Assembly: GCF_001194135.2 (NCBI RefSeq)
Contig: NC_069008.1
Coordinates: 4,342,147 to 4,392,985 of the forward strand
From: Octopus bimaculoides
Lineage: Eukaryota
Direction: 5' to 3'
Length of the DNA stretch: 50,839 nt
Part shown: piece after piece, positions 1 to 10,439 of the stretch
How the letters are laid out: the number at the start of each line of letters is the position of its first letter
How positions within the stretch are numbered: position 1 is the first letter of the stretch
Notes under the pieces: model-generated
Told to the model about the DNA's origin: nothing
The model's database searches: none
The model's input: only the letters and a program-made list of their open reading frames with translations
Made by a program: the position numbers and the translations under genes

Positions 1-44
<44 letters not shown>

Positions 45-219
45 GTATAGGACAATCCGGAAGTTGTCATAATAGCATCTATCGTCAAAAATAGCCGATG
101 CAAATGCCTCAAAGCTTTTAGCTCCAGCATTTGAAACTCTGAGTTCTATTATTACAACTTAAATATTTATTTTTTGTCTTGCAAGTACTAGGGGACCCTG
201 TCAGTACTTGTGCTACTGC

Positions 220-358
220 TGAGTAGTTGGTATTAGGAAGGGCATCCAGCTGTAAAAATCCTGCCAAATCAGTTACAGAAGTCTGGTGCAGGCTTCTGTC
301 AAACTGTCCCATGCCAGCATAGAGGGAGGATGTTAAACAGTGATGATGATGATGGTGA
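220..358 (+). mobile_element. RTE-type LINE 3' end fragment
   Basis: ttaggaagggcatccagctgtaaaa ... gttaaacagtgatgatgat tail, homologous to the other copies in the window. Confidence 0.65.
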
Positions 359-456
359 TATATATGAGTGTATGTATGTGTTTTTATTTCTGTATGTCTC
401 TCTCTATATATATATATTTATATATGTGTGTGTGTGTATAAAATATTGTTTTACAG

Positions 457-582
457 GTAACTTAACCTCAATGAAATCACCTGGAAGCACCAGTAATCTA
501 TCTGCAACTTCACCTGCTGCGCCATCCTGGCAACAACCCAGCCCACAACAGCCTAAGACCGCATTCGGTGGGCTTTATTCAG
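457..582 (+). CDS. GAK: GAK/auxilin internal coding exon, low-complexity S/P/Q-rich linker (phase 1-1, 126 bp)
   Basis: Acceptor ttttacag| at 456 and donor tcag|gtatgt at 583. Reads (G)NLTSMKSPGSTSNLSATSPAAPSWQQPSPQQPKTAFGGLYS(G). Phase is compatible with the next exon. Assignment to GAK rests on position and frame, not on recognisable homology. Confidence 0.75.
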
Positions 583-586
583 GTAT

Positions 587-624
<38 letters not shown>

Positions 625-1419
625 ATACAATAGACCAGCAGTCGCCCATGCATACCAGCCTCCCGTCTCCATGCCATCATATGTACATAGGATAAAGGGT
701 AAAGACCCCCTTTCAGTCATGAATGACTGTGAGATTGCCCCCTAGAAAGTTTGCTTCCGAGGCACAAGTCCAGCAAGGTTGTTTATGGAAGACCAGCAGT
801 CACCCATTCATNNNNNNNNNNNNNNNNNNNNNNNNNNNNNNNNNNNNNNNNNNNNNNNNNNNNNNNNNNNNNNNNNNNNNNNNNNNNNNNNNNNNNNNNN
901 NNNNNNNNNNNNNNNNNNNNNNNNNNNNNNNNNNNNNNNNNNNNNNNNNNNNNNNNNNNNNNNNNNNNNNNNNNNNNNNNNNNNNNNNNNNNNNNNNNNN
1001 NNNNNNNNNNNNNNNNNNNNNNNNNNNNNNNNNNNNNNNNNNNNNNNNNNNNNNNNNNNNNNNNNNNNNNNNNNNNNNNNNNNNNNNNNNNNNNNNNNNN
1101 NNNNNNNNNNNNNNNNNNNNNNNNNNNNNNNNNNNNNNNNNNNNNNNNNNNNNNNNNNNNNNNNNNNNNNNNNNNNNNNNNNNNNNNNNNNNNNNNNNNN
1201 NNNNNNNNNNNNNNNNNNNNNNNNNNNNNNNNNNNNNNNNNNNNNNNNNNNNNNNNNNNNNNNNNNNNNNNNNNNNNNNNNNNNNNNNNNNNNNNNNNNN
1301 NNNNNNNNNNNNNNNNNNNNNNNNNNNNNNNNNNNNNNNNNNNNNNNNNNNNNNNNNNNNNNNNNNNNNNNNNNNNNNNNNNNNNNNNNNNNGTATGATA
1401 GATGTATTTGTTTTGGCAG

Positions 1420-1617
1420 GTGCTGGTTCATCGACTGGTGCCCCAGGCTGGCAACAGGCACCAAACAACCAGGTGCCATCGTCTCCCAAGAAACAACAAA
1501 CCCAACCAGCCACAGGTGCGACAGCAGCGACACACAAAGCAGCTTTTGGACCTGGTTCCGGTCCTGGCCCGAGTGTTATTGGAAGCAGAGATGATAGAGG
1601 GACACGCAAGCCTTTTG
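1420..1617 (+). CDS. GAK: GAK/auxilin internal coding exon (phase 1-1, 198 bp)
   Basis: Acceptor ttttggcag| at 1419 and donor ttttg|gtaagt at 1618. Reads (G)AGSSTGAPGWQQAPNNQ...PSVIGSRDDRGTRKPF(G) and joins the next exon in frame. Confidence 0.85.
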
Positions 1618-1654
1618 GTAAGTTTCTTTGCTGGAGGGAGAGTGTAGAGTGACT

Positions 1655-1693
<39 letters not shown>

Positions 1694-2358
1694 GTCTGTC
1701 TGTCTGTCTGTCCATGTCTTCTCTATATATGTTCATTCGTTTCTATGTTTTATATGTTTGTCTCTGTATATGTTTATTTGTCTGCCTTCCTGTATCGGAT
1801 TATCTCCCTCAGTCTCTCTTCTTGTATCTGTCAGTCTCCCTATCTCTGTCTTTCTCTCTGTGTCTGTCTGTCTGTCTCTCTGTGTGTCTGTCTGTCTGTC
1901 TCTCTGTGTCTGTCTGTCTGTCTCTCTGTGTCTGTCATTCTGTGTCTGTCAGTCTCCCTATCTCTGTTGGTCTCTCTGTCTCTCTCCCCGTGTTCATCTG
2001 TCTACCTCTCACTGCCTGTCTCTGTATGTCCAACTGTCTCAATATGTCCATATTTCCACCTATTTCTATGTATCCATCTGTCTCCAAATGTTTGCTAAAC
2101 ACCTGTAACCATTTGCCTTGAATGATTATGAGTGACGACTATAAATGCCATTAAAACTATTTGTAGTGATTGCTACTGAAGATGTTTGCTCCTCTGTCTG
2201 CTAGCATTAAACATTTGCTGTGAACACCAGCATTGAGCATTTGCTGTAAATGCTGTTGGGTGTGTTTACTGCAAATGTTTATTTCTGATATACATCAGCA
2301 TGATTACCTGTCCATTATTTACATTTGACGGATATTTGTCCTCATCTTGTTTGTTGTT

Positions 2359-2401
2359 AACACGTTTCACCTGATATACCCTTCGTTCTTCATCAGGTGT
2401 C
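2359..2401 (-). ncRNA. Degenerate hammerhead motif (family 1, left arm)
   Basis: CUGAUGA and GAAAC are retained. Stem II is disrupted (GAACG vs CAGGU) and 3 nt are deleted at the cleavage site. Confidence 0.5.
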
Positions 2402-2453
2402 TTGGGGAAATTTCGAATCTGGGTTCTCGTTCCTAAGGTATTTTTCGATGTAA

Positions 2454-2487
<34 letters not shown>

Positions 2488-2644
2488 AGTCACTGCCTGG
2501 AATCGAACTTGGAATCTTGGGGTTAGTAGTCCATGCTCTTAACCACTACGCCATATTCCTACGGGCATATAGCGTAGTGGTTAAGAGCATGGACTACTAA
2601 CCCAAAGATTCTGAATTCGATTCCAGGCAGGGACCTGAATAATG

Positions 2645-2677
<33 letters not shown>

Positions 2678-2724
2678 TCAAAAAATACCTTAGGAATGAG
2701 AACCCAGGTTCAAAATTTCCCCAA

Positions 2725-2770
2725 GACACCTGACGAAGGCTGGAGGGTATATCAGCCGAAACGTTGTGTT
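2725..2770 (+). ncRNA. Minimal type I hammerhead ribozyme motif (family 1)
   Basis: Stem I GACAC/GUGUU; core CUGACGA plus an extra A; stem II GGCUG/CAGCC; GAAA; palindromic stem III AC/GU; predicted cleavage after GUU at 2765. Confidence 0.72.
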
Positions 2771-2912
2771 AACAACAAACAAGATGAGGACAAATATCCA
2801 TCAATTGTAAACAATGTAAATAATGTACCTAATTCCTCATCTTTTAAATATGTATTTTCTTTTTGCATGAAACCTGTGTTATTTAACAATCCCTGGAACC
2901 TTTTCATTGCAG

Positions 2913-3052
2913 GCCCAAAACCTAAGGTGGATACCGATACTTTTGGAGACCTTCTTGGTGGATTTAGCTCCAAGAAAGCGAATGAACCACGGACTATAGG
3001 AGAAATGAGAAAAGACATTTTAGCTAAGGAAATGGACCCAGATAAACTGAAG
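2913..3052 (+). CDS. GAK: GAK/auxilin coding exon preceding the J-domain (phase 1-0, 140 bp)
   Basis: Acceptor ttttcattgcag| and donor aag|gtaaga. Reads PKPKVDTDTFGDLLGGFSSKKANEPRTIGEMRKDILAKEMDPDKLK, matching the auxilin/GAK F.DLL..GF ... T..EMR ... DP.KLK segment. Confidence 0.93.
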
Positions 3053-3104
3053 GTAAGAATCTGTGTTGTTGTCATCTTTGTACATTTGAAATAATCCTTT
3101 AATG

Positions 3105-3148
3105 TACAGGGTGTCCACAAAGTCTGGGTACATAGGGATTAACACATA
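3105..3148. mobile_element. Isolated Tc1/mariner-like terminal inverted repeat fragment
   Basis: TA followed by CAGGGTGTCCACAAAGTC, a typical CAGGGTG terminus. Confidence 0.4.
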
Positions 3149-3344
3149 CTTTGATGCAGCTTGGCACCAGTGACATCACAATTCAGTTGAGTAAACTGGA
3201 GCAATGTGAAATATAGTGTCAAGAACATGACACGTAGCATTGTCTAGCTTGTCTGGGAATCAAACTCACGGCCTCATGACTGTAAGCCCAACGCTCCAAC
3301 CACTGAACCATGCACTTTCATATATATATATATATATATATATA

Positions 3345-3520
3345 TGGTGGCACTCCATAAGTTATGATGTCGAGGGTTCCAGTTGATCCGATCAACGGAA
3401 CAGCCTGCTCGTGAAATTAACGTGCAAGTGGCTGAGCACTCCACAGACACGTGTACCCTTAACGTAGTTCTCGGGGAGATTCAGCGTGACACAGAGTGTG
3501 ACAAGGCTGACCCTTTGAAA
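3345..3520 (-). mobile_element. 3' part of the same tRNA-derived SINE family
   Basis: Homologous to 15349-15510. Confidence 0.8.
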
Positions 3521-3587
3521 TTAATTTTTTGTGGATTATTTTTTCTTGTGAATTATTTGCTCCATATCGATATATATATATATATAT

Positions 3588-4110
3588 ATCATCATCATCA
3601 TCATCATCGTTTAACATCCNNNNNNNNNNNNNNNNNNNNNNNNNNNNNNNNNNNNNNNNNNNNNNNNNNNNNNNNNNNNNNNNNNNNNNNNNNNNNNNNN
3701 NNNNNNNNNNNNNNNNNNNNNNNNNNNNNNNNNNNNNNNNNNNNNNNNNNNNNNNNNNNNNNNNNNNNNNNNNNNNNNNNNNNNNNNNNNNNNNNNNNNN
3801 NNNNNNNNNNNNNNNNNNNNNNNNNNNNNNNNNNNNNNNNNNNNNNNNNNNNNNNNNNNNNNNNNNNCAGAGAGTGTAGTGGGTGCTTTTACGTGTCACC
3901 CGCACGAAGGCCAGTCACGCAGTACTGGCAACGGCCACACTCAAAATGGTGTATTTTATGTGCCACCCGCACAAGAGCCAGTCCAGGGGCACTGGCAACG
4001 ATCTTGCTCGAAAATCCTTACACATGTCACGGGCACAAGTGCCAGAAAGGCGTCGCTGGGCACAGGTGCTATCCCGATTTCGCTTGCCCCAATAAGTCTT
4101 CGCAAACTGA
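3588..4110 (-). mobile_element. RTE-type LINE 3' end spanning an N gap
   Basis: (CAT)n-cgtttaac tail at 3588-3619. The body continues after the gap and is homologous to 10865-11150. Confidence 0.7.
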
Positions 4111-4919
4111 GTTTCGTGTCGCGCACACACACACACACACACACACATGCACAATTCATGCATGCAAGCATTTATATGTGTGTTTGTGCATATATACTTA
4201 CATGCACTCACATAGATATATAATTGCCACAGGCATAGCTGTATGGTAAGAAATTTGCCTTCTTGACCACAATTTCAAAGTCAGTCCCTGAAAGTGTTTT
4301 CTAGTATAACCACAAGCTGACCAAAGCCTCATGAATAGATTTGGTAGATGGAAACTGGAAGAAGCTTGTGTATATGCGTGTTTCTGTGTCTGTTACTGTC
4401 TTCTTGTTTTATTTCATGAGAGTTATATGTGAGATTCGCCACCATGCAAGCTGTATCGTTAATTTATAATCACTCAACATGTTTTGTCATGCAATCTGTG
4501 AAGAGCACGTGGTGTTACTTAAGTGCACTGCCATCTAATGTCCAGTTGCCTAATACCTAATGTGAAATTAGTTTGTAAGATCGTCTGAAATGGATCTATA
4601 ATACTGTATACTTTGATTAGTATGGGAGCACCCTGACAGAGCAAATAAAAACTCAACAAGTAACATTTCACCAAGCACTAACATTCACACACATGTATAC
4701 ACACACACATATATGCACACACACATATATACATGCACACACATATACACATGAATATGTATACATACACACATATGCACACACACACACACATATACAC
4801 ACATGCATATATATGCACACACACATACATACACGCACATATACACACACGCATATGTATACATACATACACATGCATACACACACATGCATACAGACAC
4901 ATTCTTATGCACATGTGTG

Positions 4920-4955
<36 letters not shown>

Positions 4956-5139
4956 CATACATACATACACATNNNNNNNNNNCATACACATAAACATACA
5001 TATACACATACATATGCACACACACACACACACTTAGTTCATAGTTGTTATATTTGTGCTAGGTAAGTTGTGGCACTTGCTGAAATGTTACTTTTGTTGA
5101 GTTTGTACTTGCTGCATAATCAATTAATATACATATACA

Positions 5140-5401
5140 TCATCATCATCATCATCATCGTTTAATGTCCACTTTCCATGCTAGCATGGGTTGGACGACT
5201 TGACTGAGGACTGGTGAAACCGGATGGCAACACCAGGCTCCAATCTAAATTTGGCAGAGTTTCTACAGCTGGATGCCCTTCCTAACGCCAACCATATATA
5301 TATATATATATATATCATCATCATCATCATCATCATCATCATCGTTTAACGTCCGCTTTCCATGCTAGCATGGGTTGGACGATTTGACTGAGGACTGGTG
5401 G
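5140..5401 (-). mobile_element. Two adjacent RTE-type LINE 3' tails
   Basis: (CAT)n cgtttaa..ctttccatgctagcatgggttggacga at 5140 and again at 5316, beside a gap. Confidence 0.7.
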
Positions 5402-6123
5402 NNNNNNNNNNNNNNNNNNNNNNNNNNNNNNNNNNNNNNNNNNNNNNNNNNNNNNNNNNNNNNNNNNNNNNNNNNNNNNNNNNNNNNNNNNNNNNNNNNN
5501 NNNNNNNNNNNNNNNNNNNNNNNNNNNNNNNNNNNNNNNNNNNNNNNNNNNNNNNNNNNNNNNNNNNNNNNNNNNNNNNNNNNNNNNNNNNNNNNNNNNN
5601 NNNNNNNNNNNNNNNNNNNNNNNNNNNNNNNNNNNNNNNNNNNNNNNNNNNNNNNNNNNNNNNNNNNNNNNNNNNNNNNNNNNNNNNNNNNNNNNNNNNN
5701 NNNNNNNNNNNNNNNNNNNNNNNNNNNNNNNNNNNNNNNNNNNNNNNNNNNNNNNNNNNNNNNNNNNNNNNNNNNNNNNNNNNNNNNNNNNNNNNNNNNN
5801 NNNNNNNNNNNNNNNNNNNNNNNNNNNNNNNNNNNNNNNNNNNNNNNNNNNNNNNNNNNNNNNNNNNNNNNNNNNNNNNNNNNNNNNNNNNNNNNNNNNN
5901 NNNNNNNNNNNNNNNNNNNNNNNNNNNNNNNNNNNNNNNNNNNNNNNNNNNNNNNNNNNNNNNNNNNNNNNNNNNNNNNNNNNNNNNNNNNNNNNNNNNN
6001 NNNNNNNNNNNNNNNNNNNNNNNNNNNNNNNNNNNNNNNNNNNNNNNNNNNNNNNNNNNNNNNNNNNNNNNNNNNNNNNNNNNNNNNNNNNNNNNNNNNN
6101 NNNNNNNNNNNNNNNNNNNNNNN

Positions 6124-6156
<33 letters not shown>

Positions 6157-6250
6157 GTATATATATTTACGAACAAAACAACAACAGACGAGGACAGGTG
6201 GTGTAAACAACAAAAGGATGTATTAGTTTAACGCTCGGGAATAGGGAAAG

Positions 6251-6288
6251 TCTTTAACGTTTCGAGCCTATGCTCTTCAACAGAAAGA
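6251..6288 (-). ncRNA. Hammerhead-like motif with variant core CUGUUGA (family 2)
   Basis: UCUUU-CUGUUGA-A-GAGC-auag-GCUC-GAAA-CGU-U-AAAGA. All stems pair, but core position 6 is U instead of the conserved A. Confidence 0.5.
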
Positions 6289-6382
6289 AATAAGGAGAAA
6301 AACAGCGATCTATCATGGCGACTATATAAACATACACGTGTATGTGTGTATATATCTTCTTTTTTTTTTCTTTATCTTTCAG

Positions 6383-6559
6383 ATAATGGAGTGGACCAAG
6401 GGTAAGGAACGCAACATCCGTGCACTGCTGTGTTCGCTGCACACTGTGCTTTGGGATGAAGAGGTGCGCTGGAAGGAGTGTGGGATGCATGAACTGGTCA
6501 CACCTGAGCAGGTGAAGAAGGTCTACAGGAAAGCTGTTCTGTCTGTCCATCCGGACAAG
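6383..6559 (+). CDS. GAK: GAK/auxilin J-domain exon (phase 0-0, 177 bp)
   Basis: Long polypyrimidine acceptor tttatctttcag| and donor aag|gtaagt. Reads [59 protein letters not shown], the auxilin-type J-domain with the HPD motif. Confidence 0.97.
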
Positions 6560-6684
6560 GTAAGTAAAATCTTTGCTTTTGTTAACAACCTCAGTAAACT
6601 GTCCCAGTGGTTAGGGGGTAAGATGGATCGGGGGTATTTCTGCCTCGTTTTATAGTCAAACTTGTATCTTCTGCTGGAAATAAA

Positions 6685-7095
6685 CAGGGTTAGGGTCATT
6701 GAAAAGTAACTCACTATTTTAAAATACTTAGAAATTATTTATTAATTGTAATTTTCACAGAAAATGGATATAAGAAGAAAGCTTTTGCTATGAGGTTTTA
6801 TTCAAAATTCAGTATGGGCTCCAGATGTCACCACCAGCTTCTTGGGTCGCCCAGGAATTGTGTTAACTGATTTCGCGAGGAACTCTTGTGAGATGGAAGA
6901 AGACATAATTTCTTGTATTCGCTCTTCAAGTTCTTTGGTTTGGTATAGTAGACTTGTTCCTTCATCCAACCCCAAAGAAAGAAGTCACAGGATGTTAAGT
7001 TAGGACTCCTGGCTGACCACTCATGTGGACCATGACGACCTGTCCATCTCCAGGGAAAGTGGGCATTCAACCATTCGCGAATGATGAGCATTATG
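6685..7095 (-). mobile_element. Tc1/mariner-superfamily transposon 3' fragment (probably DD41D/rosa-like)
   Basis: WLNAHFPWRWTGRHGPHEWSARSPNLTSCDFFLWGWMKEQVY resembles WP.RSPDL...DFFLWG. A TIR-like CAGGGT...AAAAGTAACTCAC starts at 6685. Lies in the last GAK intron. Subfamily assignment is from memory of motifs. Confidence 0.8.
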
Positions 7096-7352
7096 ATTAC
7101 AGATTAAATTCTCCAGCCCCCTCGCCCGGTCGATGCCAGCCCCCTCACTCTGACTGGCTCCTGTGCCAGTGGCACGTAAAGGCACCCTTCAGACATGATC
7201 TCTGCCAGCCCCCCTCTGGCTCCCGTGCCATGTAAAAGCACATCCCAGTAGCACGTAAAAGTACCATCCAAATAGTGTCGATGCCTGGCCCCTAAAAGAC
7301 ACTGATCTGAATGTTTAAGGGTTTCGCTTACCAACGAATTTTCTACTTCCAG

Positions 7353-7454
7353 CTAACAGGAACGCCACATGAAGCGCTGGCCAAATTGATATTCATGGAA
7401 CTGAACGATGCCTGGGCCGAGTTTGAAGAGAAAGGAATGCAGTCATTGTATTAG
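7353..7454 (+). CDS. GAK: GAK/auxilin terminal coding exon (33 aa plus stop; too short for the ORF track)
   Basis: Acceptor ttctacttccag|. Reads [33 protein letters not shown], matching the GAK C-terminus ([14 protein letters not shown]). TAG at 7452-7454. Confidence 0.96.
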   Translation, partial: LTGTPHEALAKLIFMELNDAWAEFEEKGMQSLY

Positions 7455-8330
7455 AGTTTCCAAGAAGAAAGAAAAAAAAAAAACAAGAAATTGAGATGAA
7501 AAANNNNNNNNNNNNNNNNNNNNNNNNNNNNNNNNNNNNNNNNNNNNNNNNNNNNNNNNNNNNNNNNNNNNNNNNNNNNNNNNNNNNNNNNNNNNNNNNN
7601 NNNNNNNNNNNNNNNNNNNNNNNNNNNNNNNNNNNNNNNNNNNNNNNNNNNNNNNNNNNNNNNNNNNNNNNNNNNNNNNNNNNNNNNNNNNNNNNNNNNN
7701 NNNNNNNNNNNNNNNNNNNNNNNNNNNNNNNNNNNNNNNNNNNNNNNNNNNNNNNNNNNNNNNNNNNNNNNNNNNNNNNNNNNNNNNNNNNNNNNNNNNN
7801 NNNNNNNNNNNNNNNNNNNNNNNNNNNNNNNNNNNNNNNNNNNNNNNNNNNNNNNNNNNNNNNNNNNNNNNNNNNNNNNNNNNNNNNNNNNNNNNNNNNN
7901 NNNNNNNNNNNNNNNNNNNNNNNNNNNNNNNNNNNNNNNNNNNNNNNNNNNNNNNNNNNNNNNNNNNNNNNNNNNNNNNNNNNNNNNNNNNNNNNNNNNN
8001 NNNNNNNNNNNNNNNNNNNNNNNNNNNNNNNNNNNNNNNNNNNNNNNNNNNNNNNNNNNNNNNNNNNNNNNNNNNNNNNNNNNNNNNNNNNNNNNNNNNN
8101 NNNNNNNNNNNNNNNNNNNNNNNNNNNNNNNNNNNNNNNNNNNNNNNNNNNNNNNNNNNNNNNNNNNNNNNNNNNNNNNNNNNNNNNNNNNNNNNNNNNN
8201 NNNNNNNNNNNNNNNNNNNNNNNNNNNNNNNNNNNNNNNNNNNNNNNNNNNNNNNNNNNNNNNNNNNNNNNNNNNNNNNNNNNNNNNNNNNNNNNNNNNN
8301 NNNNNNNNNNNNNNNNNNNNNNNNNNNNNN

Positions 8331-8402
<72 letters not shown>

Positions 8403-9110
8403 ATATATATGTACATATGTATATATATATATATACATGTACACAGGTTCATCAGTGCATGTATGTACACAGAGCAAGCACCCGCAGAATGATCTCAGCC
8501 AAATTGCTGTTACAAACAGATCGAAAAATACACACACATACTCACACGCACACACACACACATATATACATGCATGTGTCTTATATAATGAAGATATATG
8601 TATGTATGTACTTTCTGTATGTATCTTTGAAATTAGCATGTGTGATCTCAAAGCCTCCTATTTTTCTTTTATTCTTTCGGTGTTAAGTCTCACAGTTTGG
8701 TCTATTTGAGAAACTGAAGTGGTTTTGGTCAAATACTTTTTGGGGTTTTGTTCCCGTTGTAAATGCAGAGACCGTTGTCGATCTTTAATTACAGTAAATA
8801 CAGAATGCATATATCAAATATATATATGTGTATATATGCGGACCTATAGATGAAATATTTTGGCATTTTTTCCTTTATTTTTGGTAGGTTCTCATAAAGA
8901 CAGAGACTTTTGTCAATCTTATTCCTTGCAGTATATATGTGAGCGTGTGTGCTATATATATATGTACACATGCACATACATACATTCACACACACACATG
9001 CATGCATATATATATACTTATGTATATATAGATTCAAGGTTGAATATGGTACTTATGCGTAGGCACCCGAATATCGTATCTCAAAAGGATAGGTGATCAA
9101 AATCAATACT

Positions 9111-9141
<31 letters not shown>

Positions 9142-10439
9142 NNNNNNNNNNNNNNNNNNNNNNNNNNNNNNNNNNNNNNNNNNNNNNNNNNNNNNNNNNN
9201 NNNNNNNNNNNNNNNNNNNNNNNNNNNNNNNNNNNNNNNNNNNNNNNNNNNNNNNNNNNNNNNNNNNNNNNNNNNNNNNNNNNNNNNNNNNNNNNNNNNN
9301 NNNNNNNNNNNNNNNNNNNNNNNNNNNNNNNNNNNNNNNNNNNNNNNNNNNNNNNNNNNNNNNNNNNNNNNNNNNNNNNNNNNNNNNNNNNNNNNNNNNN
9401 NNNNNNNNNNNNNNNNNNNNNNNNNNNNNNNNNNNNNNNNNNNNNNNNNNNNNNNNNNNNNNNNNNNNNNNNNNNNNNNNNNNNNNNNNNNNNNNNNNNN
9501 NNNNNNNNNNNNNNNNNNNNNNNNNNNNNNNNNNNNNNNNNNNNNNNNNNNNNNNNNNNNNNNNNNNNNNNNNNNNNNNNNNNNNNNNNNNNNNNNNNNN
9601 NNNNNNNNNNNNNNNNNNNNNNNNNNNNNNNNNNNNNNNNNNNNNNNNNNNNNNNNNNNNNNNNNNNNNNNNNNNNNNNNNNNNNNNNNNNNNNNNNNNN
9701 NNNNNNNNNNNNNNNNNNNNNNNNNNNNNNNNNNNNNNNNNNNNNNNNNNNNNNNNNNNNNNNNNNNNNNNNNNNNNNNNNNNNNNNNNNNNNNNNNNNN
9801 NNNNNNNNNNNNNNNNNNNNNNNNNNNNNNNNNNNNNNNNNNNNNNNNNNNNNNNNNNNNNNNNNNNNNNNNNNNNNNNNNNNNNNNNNNNNNNNNNNNN
9901 NNNNNNNNNNNNNNNNNNNNNNNNNNNNNNNNNNNNNNNNNNNNNNNNNNNNNNNNNNNNNNNNNNNNNNNNNNNNNNNNNNNNNNNNNNNNNNNNNNNN
10001 NNNNNNNNNNNNNNNNNNNNNNNNNNNNNNNNNNNNNNNNNNNNNNNNNNNNNNNNNNNNNNNNNNNNNNNNNNNNNNNNNNNNNNNNNNNNNNNNNNNN
10101 NNNNNNNNNNNNNNTATATATATATATATATATATGTGTGAGTGTGTTTGTTCCCCCAATATCGCTTGACAACCGATGCTGGTGTGTTTACGTCCCCGTA
10201 ACTTAGTGGTTTCACTTATGAAACAAACCAGTATGCAAATTAGAAGGCAGTCAAAAGTTCACTTTAAAAGGACACAAGGTGAACGCACGAAATAAAGCAG
10301 AGTCACCAAACTTGGTTCAATACTTAGCCGAAACAAAGAATTAAATTAGAGCAATGTAGCACCTCCCCAAAAAGTATGGGATGTAAAACATAAATTACAC
10401 AGTATCACAATAAAACTGAGCACAAATAAATCTGTGTTG

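Larger units (their letters stand above)
2313..2850. mobile_element. Palindromic non-autonomous element: divergent tRNA-like heads, each followed by (AAT)n and a hammerhead motif
   Basis: 2313-2561 is a diverged reverse complement of 2562-2825. Each arm has an A box (TRGCGTAGTGG), a B box (TTCGATTCC), an (AAT)n tract and an HHR-like core. A homologous partial copy lies at 24406-24625. Confidence 0.8.

Noticed and set aside
2564-2637. tRNA gene (Arg/Ser-like) calls for the SINE and palindrome heads
   Set aside because: A and B boxes are present but no acceptor stem forms, and the heads run into repeat bodies.
5140-5401. Tandem RTE tails as a biological duplication
   Set aside because: They sit beside a gap and (TA)n, so an assembly or haplotype artefact cannot be excluded.
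7455-9100. GAK 3' UTR end and poly(A) site
   Set aside because: A gap covers 7504-8330 and I found no clear AATAAA in the sequence that follows.
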